Source of the DNA: Phoronis australis
Lineage: Eukaryota; Animalia; Phoronida
Assembly: GCA_002633005.1 (NCBI GenBank)
Contig: NMRA01000091.1
Location: 953,820 to 1,017,819 of the forward strand
DNA: 64,000 nucleotides
Reading direction: 5' to 3'
Below the pieces are notes generated by a model. That model ran no database searches and was not told the DNA's origin. It saw nothing but the letters and a program-made list of their open reading frames with translations. Shown here one piece after another: positions 44,801 through 59,800 of this stretch. Every line of letters starts with the position of its first letter. Position 1 is the stretch's first letter. A program made the position numbers and the translations under genes.

Positions 44801-47800
44801 ACCCTACTTTACTTCGCAATAGGCTTAACCAATCAGAAAAAAGGACAAAGGTCATTGAGTGCAAACTAAAATTTAGAGCTAGAGGCTTCAAAATTACATA
44901 TCTTTTTACTAAGTGCGATTGAGATTGAATTCTAAATTTTCAGGTCATTTGGTGCACCCATGGGGTCATTAGGTGCATTTTTCTTCTGAAAGTTTGACCA
45001 CTTCATTCATCTTGTATTCTAAAGTGCATAAAGTGAAACATCTGTGATTATTAGCATTAACTACACTTTTAATCGAGTTAACAATTATTCCCTCATCGGG
45101 GCTCATAATGCACCGGAAGAGGTCAGTTAGTGGAAAGGTCATCAAAAATTACTATGTAATTTCTCCTACAATTTTAAAGAATTCCTTTTCATATTGGTAA
45201 ACGGGTTGCTGTCAGTAACTTCCCATAATAATTCCAGTAATACGCACGCGCAGAGTCCGTTATTGTCACCCCGTGACAATTATCATTCTAGTTTACCAAT
45301 GTATTTCCGATGTTAGACTCAGATGGTTTCAATTCCGTATCAACCACAGGCTTATTGGTACAAACTCTTATTTTAAGAAAATAGGTGTTAATGGATCGTC
45401 TTTATGTTCTTTCTGTGAGCAACATGAAGAAACAATTCTACATTTGTATTGGAAATGTTCACATATTCAGAAGTTTTGGGGCTGTTTAAAAACTGGATGA
45501 TAAATCAGTGCAATTTTCCTCTGCATTTAAATATGTCTTCCGCCTTGTTTGGAAACCCAGCCTGTAGATTAGAAAATTTAAATTTAATTCTTTTCTTAGC
45601 GAAAATTCATTCATATAGACAAAGACTACAAAAGGCTAATCCCAATTTCCAGTCTTGTTTATCTGAGTTATGTGAGTACTAACTTGGAAAACATTATTTA
45701 CAATGATAAATTGGATTTTGAGAGATTCCAGGAAACGTGGTCTTCTTTTTTGCATAACTAGCTTTTATAGGGTCCCATAATGTAATTTGTTTGATGTACA
45801 GCACACATCACGCATTTTTATGCGACCGGTCGGCTACAAATTAGCCGACCGGCAGCCGGCCGCAGTGCCGACTCATAAGGCGACCCACCAGAGGACTCTA
45901 CAGCCGACCTTAAATGCCGACAGGCCATCAGCCGACCCTCTAGTCGGCTGCTATTTTTAGGCTAGAGTAACAGTTGTGTTAAAGGGTGTCAGGCTGATAC
46001 CGCTTTGCGTGCAGATGTATATTCGTCTCGGCACATGCAGGGTCAAATAAATTAACCTAGCTATATGATGTTTCCATTACATAAGTTCACATCGGTTGTG
46101 CTCATTGACACCACTAATTCGAAGGTTGGAGGCAAGCGGTCATATTGTACATTGGATTATGAACAATGCAACACGTTTTGGATAACAAAACGTTAAAGTT
46201 TTCTTTACATTTGATCTTTTGGCTCAAGAAGTTAATAAGTTGCTTTAGATTAGCTGCTTCCCAGTCAATACAACGTCGTTGTCATTTTGTAAACGCAGCT
46301 ACTTTTTACAGTCTTCGCCAACACTTGTTTTTGTTTGTGTTACGCCGAACTGCATCTTTTTGCGCTTTCAAAATTCCTCACGCGATATGATTATGTGTGC
46401 TAAGCGCATTTTGTGAACAGGAAATATTATTGATGCATCTCCAAAAGTGTTATTTTCAGTGTCAGCAAAAAGTGTCACAGGAGATCATGGGATGAAGTTA
46501 AATGGTTACAGGGAGTCGTATTAACTGCTAGTGTTTAGCGACAAGAACGGTTGATTGCAAATTGTTGTGGCAAGATGTATAACCTAGTCTGGCCGAATTC
46601 TGTAGATTCCTGGCTTGTTTGATTAATTTATTGAAGCTACTTTACAGAAAATGTGGCGTTCGCAGAATAAACCTTCAGGCAGTCATGTATTTTGATCAAA
46701 CACATCTAAATAAACCGTCTGTGCAACCTTCTTCTTACAGAAACGGCTCCATATGATCCATGTGTTAATAAACTATCAGACAAAGAATGTAACGAGGAAA
46801 TGGTTGCAACTTGTGGAAGTAAAATTTCGACCAATGCTCAATGTTACCGAACTTGCAGCGGATGTGGTAGAGATGAAATAGGTACTATAACTAGAGACAT
46901 TGTAACCCCACTGGTACTAAGGCACTCTAAAAGTTTTCAGTTCTTTCGGACCTTCGACAAATCCTAGATTATTATGTAGGGGTGGATGATCGGTTGCAAT
47001 TGCGGCCAACACTTTGCTAATCGTAAGTGTAACTTTCAATTTATTCCCTCCAGCAAATTACATACAAGCGTATTAGCCTCTGATTAAGTACAATGCCTCC
47101 AATCGGAACGAAGACTTTTGAAACTCCTGTGTTAATCAGACGAATTATTATTACAACTGAATTGAAATTCCATGAGGTGAAATTCTGAACTTTGTAGCGG
47201 ACAAGACACATGATGATTGCATCAACCTAGATGCCGATGACATATGCTGGGACCTGGCAGTGAAGGGTCGGTGTGAGCTTTCAGTAGAAGCAAAGAGGCG
47301 TTGTCGACGATCCTGTACTGGATGTGGTGGTGATCAGGATACAGGTAACAACAGACTATTGGATTTGTATGTTTTGTGACCAGCACAATTAACTTGGGAA
47401 AGTAGACCTTTTGTTGGGAGTGTCGTTCACCATAATGCAGTTTAAATATGTGCATTGCAATTCAAGTATAAAGCAAAGTACAAAGGAAGATAATAATGAC
47501 CGCCCATATTAGAACAACGCCCCTCTTCATTTGCGCATAAGTGTAAGTTTGATGTTGTTAATGACGATGGTAAGATAATGATGGCTATGTTAGTGGAGGT
47601 GATGATGGCCATGGTGAAAGCGATGGGTACATCTGCCTTTGGTGACGACGTAGCTGCTGTTGCAGATGCTGACGTCAGTGGCTATGTTGTTGACGTAGTT
47701 GATTTTTTGTGATATGATGGTGACCCTGATATAACCATCGTGGTGACAACGATGGTCCCGGTAATGATGGTGACACTGATATGGCCATCGTGGTGACAGC

Positions 47801-50800
47801 GATGGCCCTGGTTATGATGTTGACTCTGACATGGCTATCGTGGTGACAGCGATGGTCCTGATTATGATGGTGACACTGATATGGCCATCGAGGTGACAGC
47901 GACGGTCCTGGTTACGACGGTGACCATGATATGGCCATCGTGGTGGCAGCGATGGTCCTGATTATGATGGTGACACTGATATGGCCATCGAGGTGACAGC
48001 GACGGTCCTGGTTATGACGGTGACCATGATATGGTCGTCGTGGTGACAGCGATTGTCCTGGTTATGATGTAGACTCTGACATGGCTATCGTTGTGACAGC
48101 CATGGTCCTGGTTATCTTGGTTACCCTGATAGGGTCATAGTGGTGACAGTAATGGTCCTGGTTATGATGGTGACACTGATACGACCATAGTGAAGACAGC
48201 GATGGTCCTGGTGAAAATGAAAAATCCGGCGGACATGATGTTGATGATGACGATGGAAGTGGTAGCATTGTGGATACTGTGGCAGTGACCATGGTTATCA
48301 TGTTACTGATTATGGTGGTAGATGTAGTGGTGATGATGGCGTCTAAAGTAGTGGTGTTACTATTGATGGCGATGGTTAGGGTGATGGTGGTGATAGATAC
48401 GGTGGCAACTAAAGTAGTGTTGTTAGTGTTGATGGTGATGATGATGGTGGTGGNNNNNNNNNNNNNNNNNNNNNNNNNNNNNNNNNNNNNNNNNNNNNNN
48501 NNNNNNNNNNNNNNNNNNACAACAGCAACACAGAGCGTTGAAATGCACCCAACTGGGTGTTTATTAGCATTGAAAATGGCGCAAAATATGTCGAATGCCA
48601 GTGGAGAAAACCATGAAATCTGACCTTCCCCCGTGGAAAGGCATGCTTAGAACAGCATGTCGAGCATGTTTAAGCATTTTATCTTAAATTACCTCGATGC
48701 TTGTCAACTGAAAAAAAAAACTCTTAACAATCACATAAACATATTTATTTTCCCATGTTCATCTAAAATACTTCGAAACTGTCGAATACTTCATCGATTA
48801 CTATTTTTGCTTCCCAATATGGTTTCATGATACATCAGTCTTCTGAATGGGCTATCATTGAACTTGTAGGCCTTTGTTGAAATTTGCAATATTTCGACTA
48901 TAGCGAGCGATATCATCCAATAACATCATTCATTTAGCTAAGGCATGAACCATAAATGATACCTTTCTATTCTACAATGTTACCACGGTGTTGAAAAGAA
49001 CAACTACAGAGGTTATATCCAGTTATTACCATACTAGTGGACGTTCTAAACACATTCTACTCCAGACTAATCTGCATTACAGCAATCGGAGGTGTTCCAT
49101 AGGGTTTATATGGGATGACTTCTAGTGTTTTCATCCATGTTTGTTCGACCCAAGCATGAGATGCTGTGTACGCCACTTGTTCCGGTGTTTTCAAATCAAA
49201 CTTGTTGCCTCGCAACCTCTGCAGTGTCTCTGGCTTTCATCAAGGACATTGTGTCACTCAATATTCACAAACCTAAAATATGAATGCCATTTCACTTTCC
49301 ACAAAAAGGCATTTGCGATAGCATTATTAGAATCTCAGTTACGTTTTAAGTCGAACTTTTGCTCTTCTGCTCATGTATGAACAGACAGTTAAACTTGTGT
49401 TCAATAGTTTGACTGCAGACTGAGAACTGCGTAGGACTGAAGGTGATGGCAGTTAAAACACCTACCAGTAGTTAAATATACAATATGCTAATTTTGTTTT
49501 GTGCCCAATAGTTACCATGCATTTAACCAAAAAAAACATTTGTTGTTCCTATCGTGAATCAAACAGTCAGAGAGCGATGTGAAAATTGACACAAACTTAA
49601 GTTTTACAGTCTCAATTAAGTGATTATGTTGAAGGACTGGTTACATGTAACTTGACAATGTTTTGGAAACTAGTTGATTCTGGATTCAACTCCAGTTAAC
49701 TCATTTGAAATCTGTGCTGTACTTTTCCCTAACCATTGTAACCTCCAATTTGGCTGAATCAGTAAGAAAACCAACTTACTTTTGTTTGCAAGACCAAAAC
49801 TACTGATTCATGAATGAAGTCTAAGTAATTTACTTAACAACCACATCAATATAAATACAAGTTTAAATTCAAAACTCACATCCTTACAGTTCTTCAGTTA
49901 TCCATGTGGAGTCTAGGCTGTACCAAAACCGTTTGAATTTGGTTCGAATGAAAGCTTATACTGTAGGTCACTTCCTAGGCATGTAACCTTGACAACCACA
50001 TGCTTTCCTTGATAACAGTCTTCCAGATCAACATGTGGCTGGGCTAGCATAATTTAAATAAACAATCAACAGACCTAGATGCAATAAACATTAATGTATT
50101 CCAAGAGGCCTTCCTTGAAAACTGGCCTAACAGTCTAAAATGTATCTGGGCTAGTATGATTAAAGTGAACAATAACCCTAGAAGCATAAAACAATAATAT
50201 AAGGACACTAGTGAAATTAAATATCTTATTTTTTCATAAATAATGTGGCAGTACCACAAGAATCCCGAGTCATGTCCAAGTCCGTACCATATCTGCTGAC
50301 AGACAATATTTTGAAAAATTTTGAGTCTTCACAGCAACGATAAATGTCCTTGAAAAATCAAAATGAGTAATTTTTGGCAATTATTTTTGTCCGAAATAGA
50401 CAAAATTTTACTGTAGCTACAGACTGGCAGCTACCACCTGATTATGACATAATTTCAAATGTTGGAAATGCTAATACTTGCACATTTGGTAAAACTGGAT
50501 CATATATTTGTGTATGGTTTGTATTGATATTTATTGTGCTTGTTTACACAACATGCAGGTAACACTGCCTTTGTTGTTTTTAAACAATTGCATTTAATAT
50601 TTTGCTGTACTGACTTTGAAAGCAGTATGAAAGGAAACTGAGCACTTGTTAAGTGTAGTGACTGAATAAAAAACAAAGAACATAACAGATGCAGTTATTT
50701 TCTCTAGTGTTTTAGGTCGCATTTGGTCATCTTTGAGCATTTGCTGTTTTAACAATGTAACTTACCCAACAATAGGTCACATTTAGGTAAGTAATCTAAA

Positions 50801-53800
50801 ATAAGTAACTGCCCTGCTTAGGTTCTGGGATTTGAGATTTCTTTGAAATTTAGAGAATAAAAAACAATTTTACAATTTCTAACATTGTCACAATATTAAT
50901 GCTAACACTTTAAGAGTGACTCCATATAAAAACCAACAGGTAGAGTCTATACCCAAAATCACCGATTTTTTTAAACTTAGCACATGAGTTTGGTTTGTTG
51001 AGATGTAGAAAAACCTAACTTTTTAAGAATTTACATTCATTATTTTTCTTTTTATGACTTGTACCTCCATTTTGCACCAAAATTGGGCGTCGAAATAGGC
51101 ATGTTTGAATGCATTTTACTAGCATGTGTGGTAAGGTCAAAACAAATGAATAATGCGAATGGAAAGGCCAATGGCTGAATAATTTAATGGCATAACTTTC
51201 AAAATCCATTTTTAAATTTGTACGTTTTGAATTTGTGAGGCAAAAACGGCTATTTTTCAGGTTTTCACTGAGGCCATTTTCGGCCAAATTTGTCATTCTG
51301 TAGCAGCCGTAACGCACCTTTCCTGAAAATGACTTTATAATAATTTGTTCAGTCATTCTTAACCTGTTCATAATCTAAAATAAAAAATCTTGCCTCTGAT
51401 GTAGTTTTTGCGTACGAAGCATTACACGAACTGCACTGCGTCCTTTTGCATGTTCTCAGTTGCCTCTGCTGCCAATAGGGGGCTCTTGGAACATATAATT
51501 AGCTTGCGAAACACGACATAAAAACCTTGTATTTTGGAGAAAAGGCAGACAGCATTATTAAGTGCAATTCTCTGAAAACGGCATTGAGGATTATTGCTTA
51601 TTACAAAATAAATGTACGTAAATCAACTGGCAAGCGTGCTTATAAATGATATATGGCGCTGCTTTTGTTTACGTGGAGACTGAAGAGCATCTAGAATAAG
51701 AGCAGTAACACGAGGACCTTGCTATATTTCATGACTTCGCGAGATATTGCCCTGCATTTTAAATGAGAATATGTGGTTTTGGATAGGTTTTAGAGAGGTT
51801 CTAGTGTTACTGAACTCACCCCTGCCTTGTTTTCTATCTGCCTTGTTCGTGCCACAGGCAAAGGAAAGCACCCAAGGTGGATATGGCCCCCTAGTGTTCA
51901 ATGCAAAAAATCCTTCAACTTGTCAATAGTCATTGTAACTTTGGGTTCATATCGAAATGTCCCTGCTGGTTGCTACAAATTTTAGTCGCCACCAGTCGCC
52001 AAAAATCTGATGTTCCCCCTCCCACACATCGAGCACCTTAACGCTGAATATTTCTGCCAGTGTGATCATCAGTGGTATAAAAAGGTACACATTCACATTC
52101 TCAGTCAATAGAAAATAATTCACGAGAGACAATTTTATTAATGACTCATTTATGACAGACATGAAGTAAACAGATGTAACGGTCTTGACTTCATATATCA
52201 CACATCGTGGTATGCTACAAAACTAGGCTAAACGTTGAGCTCATTTACCACTTCACTCAATAAATCTGACGACATAACAGCATCTTCAGCAGAAATAGCA
52301 TCGTAATAAACATTGCTGCAGACAACCTCGAAAAAATCCACCAATCTGCGATTCACTTAACATCACAGGTAAACAGTTTCCCAGTGGGTTCTCGTAAAGT
52401 TTTCTCCATTTTGGCACTTCCGAGGGTTAACGTTTTTACCTGAATTATCTTCTTCATCGAATATGTTTGTCAGAAAGTTCTTAACCTTTGCTGAAAATCT
52501 TGTTGACATTTTATCTTTTTTCAATGCCTAACCTATTGCTTCAGCATTCGTCTCATCCACACTGTACTCTGAGGCTGCCTCAAATGACGCTCCGGTTCTT
52601 GCATCTGAGAGCATTTCTGACCACTTTCGTGCGATATGGTCATACGTGGTTTCCCTCAGTAAATGTTCAGTGTGGTTACCCACATCCAAATGCTGACCTA
52701 GTTCTGCGTCTGTAGCAAAAATTTCGAGTAACCTTGCTGGGTACAAGGGAACTTTTGGTGAGGCTCTTCACTAGATCCAATGCCAACCTTAACTCCTGGT
52801 GTTGAAAATCCGCCATGTCTAGAGATATTAGTGTATTTTAGAGAAATAGGTTTCCCATTTTCTCAGTATTTGTAAGAACTTACCGTCACCTACATGAAAT
52901 GATCTCCACACGCGAATTCCTTGGGTGGAATAGTGGGAATTTGGGAATGTGCTTATACCAGGAACTGAGTACTTTGGAAAAGACTTTGTTGCATCAACTG
53001 AACATGCATACACATAACATCCCTTCACACGGCCACTGGAAAGTAGTGCTTCTTTCAAATCCAGAAAGTTTATGATATTATTACTTTCGGCTACAAAGTA
53101 CTTTGCATGTTGTTTGAGTGGAGCGATCTTGCGATCACAGAGATCCTTTCCATTCTGACTTTCACTTAAGTCATATCTCTAAACAGAAATGCCGGTAGAA
53201 TTTGACAAGGCTGCTACGTTCAGGAGGAGAGGAGCAGAGTGGTAACATCCAGCATTACCTGACTCTTCCATGACTGGTCCTGTTCAGTCAGAAATTCACC
53301 GACTCTGGGTAGTACGAGTCCGTACTCTGGCACAGGTCTTGCTTTGTGAGGTACTTTCCTGTATCTCAAATGTTCAGTGGTGTCTTTGACATAACTCACT
53401 AAAGCACAAAGCTTTTGTGATCGGATTTTATGCAGAATAAACTCTAAAGGAACATGAAGACCCATCGTCCGCCATTTTGTCTTTTTAAAATGCACTTGCT
53501 TCTCTCAAAACCAGTCATTACAAATGTCAATTCTTACTCCCTTAATCTTAAAGGCATTTATTTCCATTTAAAAGTTCTACAGTGTGTTTAAATTAACCTC
53601 ATAATATAAAAGAAATGAAAGAATACAAGAGGGTTACACGTACATTTTTATATATCCTCATGCTTAACCTCAACTGAATCCCTCAGTGGGCAAAGGTCAT
53701 CGGGTTCAGTTTTGATACTAGCCGCGTAATAAACCCGAAAACATCTTGTTTTCATTTGAAAGAGTTTAGGCTTGGTTTCTATAACTATTTAAAGCAGACT

Positions 53801-56800
53801 TCTTGCCTAAAAGTTTGTTCAAATGGCCGGTCTGTAAACTCTGCTCGTCATTTCCAAACTAAGAAAATAGACAGTTTTGCAAGACAATTTTCACTTAAGT
53901 GCAAAGTTGAGGCAAGATTTTTTATTGCTTAGTCATCAAGACTAACTCTTTAACTTTATGTTCAAAACGTCACATAAGTCTACAAGGTGTTTTATGGCAG
54001 TAAGAAGGTCACAAAAATGGCCACAAAATTAGCCCCAAAACGTGGTCTGTGGATTATCTCCCCTGTCTAGCACAAAACTGTTAGATTTTAATAAATGACA
54101 CAGAATTATGCACAGCATACGTTGGTTATTTCAGCCACAAAAATATAGCTTTTGGTCTATTTTGTATGTTACTCATTTTTGTTGCTGAAAACATGCGATT
54201 TTTGAGACGGCTAATATGCCCAATTGCGCCAATTTGTATTATCATGCTCCAGCGGCGAAATTAGGGGTCATTGAGTGCACAAAATTTGGCATTTGGGTTT
54301 TTGTTAGGATACCTACCCATGTACAAAAAATGAAGTTGTTTTAAATTTTGACGTATAGACTGATTTTTGAAAATCTACTGGTTATTATATGGACTGCCTC
54401 TTAAACATTGAAGTTTACTGCAAATTTTGTGCAAGCAATTTTTCACCTATTCTTGAGAACACTTTTCACCAAAAAAAATTCCTGCAACTTTCCTGCAAAC
54501 ACTTTTTCACCAATGAATAAAGTTTCCTGCAACTTTCCCGCAAACACTTTTTCACTAATAAAGTTTCCTGCAACTTTTCCCCAAACAATTTTTCACCAAT
54601 AAAGTTTCCTGCAACTTTCCCGAAAACACTTTTTAACCAATAAAGTTTCATTCAACTTTCCCGCAGTTTTTCACCAATGTTTCCTGCAACTTTACCTCTA
54701 ACACTTTTTTATCAGTAAAGTTTCCTGCAACTTTCCTGCAAAAATTTTTCAATCACCAAGTTTGCCGCAACATTCCTGCAAACTTCAGTGTTTGCAGCAA
54801 GGTTGCCGCAATGTGTGCGGCTGAGTTGCGGGTAGTGGCAAACTCCTGCAAACTTTGCAGCTGGTTTGCTGCAAACAAAATTGTTTGCCGCAAGCTTGCG
54901 ACATGTTTGCTGCAAGCTTGCGGCAAACATGGTCTTTTGGTATGGGAGTTGTTCTGCTGATGGTGTATGTGGGAATAGTGGTGGTGATTCTTATGGCTCG
55001 GTGAGATGGCGATGCTTATTATGGTTGTAATGGTCATGACAGTGGTGACGGAGTTGGCGACAGTGAATATAGTGGTGTTGTTCTTAATGAGGTTGATGAC
55101 AACTGTTTTGTCACTTCCTTTGCTTACATCGACAACAATCCCACCTAATATCTAATAAATGGTTCTTGGACATAGGAATCTTTCAAAAGCATGATTGTCA
55201 TCTTGTTCTTTCCAGATAAGTAATTATCAAAGGTATTCGTTGTGGAACTGTTATGCGAACTCAATTAACAGCTCTGACAATCCAACTCTCAGAGCCTGCA
55301 AGAACGGTGTTCTTGAGAGTTAGCTCTTCACCATTCGGCAAAGCAAACAAATTGAGGTCTACTCAATTCAAACGGTTTTTGTGATGTGATGTGGACCTAT
55401 GGCCGAATCAATTATTCACCGTCATTCTCTAATCTACACTCCGCATGTTTTGAACTAGTCTGGTGTCCTGGTAGGTAAAGATTGCCTAGATACTTCACCG
55501 GCATGTGGTGCCAATCATATGCTCGGACTGTGTGGACTAGAGCCCGAGTCGATGAAAAAGGATTGTAAGAAGACATGTGGATTTTGCACGCCAACCAAAT
55601 ACAAACAAGCTTTACATGATGCAAATACAAGGTTTGTTAATATTTTCATGGAAAGCATTTCTCGGCACAGTAGGCTGCTTATCCAAGACCTGTAATGATT
55701 GCTTTGGCAACCTGCACCTCGCCAATGCGACTACGAAAAAAAAAAAACAAGTCGCCGCTGCCAGTATCAAAGGAAATACATGTAAGGCATTAATTGAGTC
55801 GCAATCAACCTCAAAATTTGTGGTGATTTCAAATCATTCATTCAGCCGCAACTTATCATGTCTTCCGCATCTGTGGAGGAATAACACTTAAGTAACCATG
55901 AGGTTAAGATGAATTTGCCACTGTATTAAAAATGGCGGTGTATCCATTATTTACAGTCCGTTGTTACCTGCCTTCGTGTGCTAGTAACTAATGTTAATAT
56001 ATCTCCTTATGTCAAATGGGTGTTGTATTGATTATCGACAAAGCTCGAACGCAATGCATCTTAAAGTGGTCTGGGGCACGAACCACGGACTAAATTACAA
56101 TCCTTAAAGTGATACTGTGCAACAGAAAAAACATTCAACGACTTTACCTGATATTTTTACTGTTTGCTGGTAATGTAAAACTTTTGAATTTCTGTTGAAG
56201 TCAAAGCATTTAGTTATAAATTTCAAGACAATCGTTTGTCAGCTGTTCGTCCCTTCATTGACTTTTGTCTCACAAGGCAAAGCTCGTCTCTTAATTTGAA
56301 ATTGCTAGACAAAGATTTAGCACATTTCCCGTATATAGAAAATGCCACGCTCTGACATTTGACTTAAAAAAACACGACGGCGACTTCTAGCAGCCGCCTG
56401 ATTAAGAGTCAATTGCTTTTCAAAATAAGTTACAAATGTGTAGTGAATGGATAGCGTGTAATGGCGCCTGACTTTGTTTCCTTCCTGATACAGATTCTGC
56501 AAAGATGACATCGACGTTTCCCTCTATGGTGAGAGAACTTGTCAAAAGTATTTTGATCAGGGGGAGTGTGCTAAAAACGAATGGGTACGCAACAACTGCA
56601 AAAGAACGTGCGGGAGATGTCTGGACATAGGTAAGTGCATGTATGGTCTCAGCAAAGAGAGAGCATACATGTACATGTACATGTAGTTTTCTTTAAAAAT
56701 ACCTTAGGTGCCTATTACCTCATCAAGTATCCAAATACCAGGATGTTAGTGGTCCAAATGCTACATCAGTTTCTGCAATAGAGATACTTGTCAAAGCGAA

Positions 56801-59800
56801 TGTGAATCATAACGCATACGTTATTTCGCGTGTCGTTTCATGTTGCATTAACAAAAATGGGCTTTGCAACAGCCAAGTTAATGTGAAAGTAAACGAACAT
56901 TTCGGGAACTGAATAAATGAGCTCAGGACATGTCCAGTTATCGTTGTACACATCCGCTAGATAGAAATATATGTTGAATGTGAAAAGTCGTTTCTACGAT
57001 CTCCTGCGACAAATGCTCTTCGAAAGCGAAATATATCTTGGATTTAACATAAATAGATGGATGTAACTTAAGCATGTCAAAATGAGCAACACAGAATCAT
57101 ATCTGTTAAAAATTCATTCTAGTTAAACGATATCCAGCTCAACTTAGCATTTTAGAACAAGTGCTTTCTTGTAACAAAATCTAAAGAATATTTATGGACC
57201 AAAGAATTGTTTTTTATTTTATACTACAGCAAAGTAGAAAAATTGAGAACACTATCTCTAAAAAATCTTTTCGTTATCTTACCAGATCAGAATTACAAAG
57301 GGGCCACTGGCTTCTCGTTTAAACAGAAGCGAATAGAGAGGTTCGGTAAAAAGACATGAATGTGAATTTCGACGAAAACTTAATTGCGCGCGTCGATTCA
57401 CGTGAACAATGGGCTACGCAACAGCTAAATGTTTAAGTGAATATGAAAGTAAGCGTGAACTGAATAATGAGCACAGGGTGTCCAGTTATTGTGGGCCTAT
57501 TACATGTAAGCTAATTTACTGCTAATGCAACTTCTTTCACGTGAAGAAAGTCATTTCCAGTAACTCCTGCGAGAAAGCTGGTTAACTCTTAAAATGCGAT
57601 CTCAATTTCAATTACAGTTTAAAATTACTGGATGCATGTACATTAACCATATAAAAATAACACAGGGTATAATCTGTTAAAAATCCATTCCAGTTCAATG
57701 ATATTCAGGGAATCTCAGCAGAATAAAGCTTTTGAAAAAGTGCTTTCCTACAACTTAAGTTAAGTACATTTATAGATAAAACAATCGTGTTCGTTTCGTA
57801 GTGAAGCAAAGGAGAAGGACTGAGAACCCTATCAAAAATAAGTCTTTTCGATATCTTACCAAATAAGAATTGAAAAGGCAGTGGCGGATGTAGAGGGGGG
57901 CCAGGGGGACATGGCCCCCCTGAAATATCCCAGATTCCATTCGGCAGTACGGGGTTGCGAATGCCTAAGGGGCAAAATCCTAATAGTATGCCCTGGTCCT
58001 CCCTAACCCAAAATCCTGGATCCGCCCATGAAAGGGTCACAGGTTTCGTGTTTAAATGACGTGAATATCCCTGTTTTCGCGTGAAATACTCCAACACTAT
58101 CTGGTTTATGTCACAGCCAACAATGGCAATCGCTACGCGGAATTATACATGCGTAAAAATTCACATCCACGTCGCTTTGCAAAACTTCTCGTATATCAGA
58201 GAGCTTTTGCAAAACCACGTGGACGTGAATTATGACTCATATAAAATACCGCATCATTCACGCCAATTATCAATTACTAATACTTTTTCTAAAACGTGGA
58301 TGCTATATTTCGGTTCACACGTCAACAGAATTGTTATCTTATAGCACCTCCCGCGCTAGCCAGGAGTCCAGTAATGTACTCGGCTGTTACATGCAGTAAT
58401 GTTGAAAATATTCACGTGACGAATGAGGGTGACGATCCGCACTTCGAGTGTCGCTTGTGGGCATCGAGCGGGCATTGCACAGGTGCTGTTGCAGGCCTTT
58501 GTAGAAGAACGTGCGAATGTGAAAAATGTAAGTGTCCGCTGGCTGGTGTCCGTGCACATGTTATCATTATTTCGATCAGACAGAACCCACCACAAGATCT
58601 TTTCCAACATCGCTTAACTTAGCGAGAAAATTAATATTCTGATAGTCTCATAACTAACTTTGAGTGTTAGTTAAATACATACAAGTTTCCTAGTAAAGAT
58701 CTTTGTTGAAAAAGGATACTATTCTAATAGTACTATGGCGACTAGTATCGGCGTGTTATCGTTATAAGGCCGTTGTGTATATTATTTTTGTATTATTATT
58801 CACAGATAACGCCGTCTTAAGATCAAACGCCGTCCTTTTAATGAAGGTCTATCATATTTATTTTGTCGATAGAACCATTCTTTGTTGATTGGCCCGAATC
58901 CCTTGATACTGATGTCAATTCAGAATCTTGTCTTATTTCCTTTGTGAATAGTTTATACTTCAAATTTTATGGAGATGCAACGATACAATTGCCTTGCTCC
59001 TCCCAAACGAGGGAAGACCATGTCTAAAAGGGGCCTGACCCCTTAATATCAAAAGGCTAAATGTCATTAACAACCACGTTTGACGCTCGGCAAGGATAAT
59101 TTTACAGGAGGTTTTATCTAAATGTATTGATCCACTGTAGGCCATATTGAAAGACCTTTGAATCTCGCTTTACTAATGTCTGCCCTTTTTTCGAACCGAG
59201 TTCTCTTCATGGTAACTGTTGCAGAATCTGAATGCATTGCGCATTATTGAAGAGAAAGCCAGTCATAATTGTGACAGCATTTGAGCAGCCGATGGGCAGT
59301 GCAATGTAAATCACTTTGCGTCAAAAATTGTTGGCTCGCTAAGGGCGCATTGCGCGGTCCTAAGTAAGCTGTGTACTTAAATAAGATACATTCGATTGTG
59401 AGATCCCGCAGGTAATCAACTCCGTGATTAGGCCCTCTGATCATGACCGGCCCCTTAAAAGTTATCTGTAAAAATATTAAAGGTGAATCCAAGGATGCAT
59501 TTAAGGGGACCACCCCAAGGTCTGGTAACTGACAGTTATTTTTTTCCCATGTTTCTCTGTGGGTCTTCTCCCAACAGTCCAGTCCCCACGTTTATTCAAG
59601 TTGCCACCGTGTTATCCCGTCGCCTGAATATTTTCGAGGAAATGGTGGCCACGTGCCTCACGGCTACCGCTTCCTATGAACCTGGCACTTCTTGAAGCAT
59701 ACCATAGAGTCGATCACGCGTGACTGAAATTGCAAAGTGCACGCTTGTGAGTTGTTTGGATTCAATTTTCCGGTTTCTTACTGTGAACCATAGGTCTTAG

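Noticed and set aside
47711-48453. Apparent Gly/Asp/His-rich or hydrophobic repetitive coding exon
   Set aside because: The 50-bp period is not a multiple of 3, stops occur, and exons 13 and 14 join in phase without it.
54465-54760. CRISPR-like regularly spaced repeats
   Set aside because: These are tandem units with no unique spacers and no cas genes, in a eukaryotic intron.
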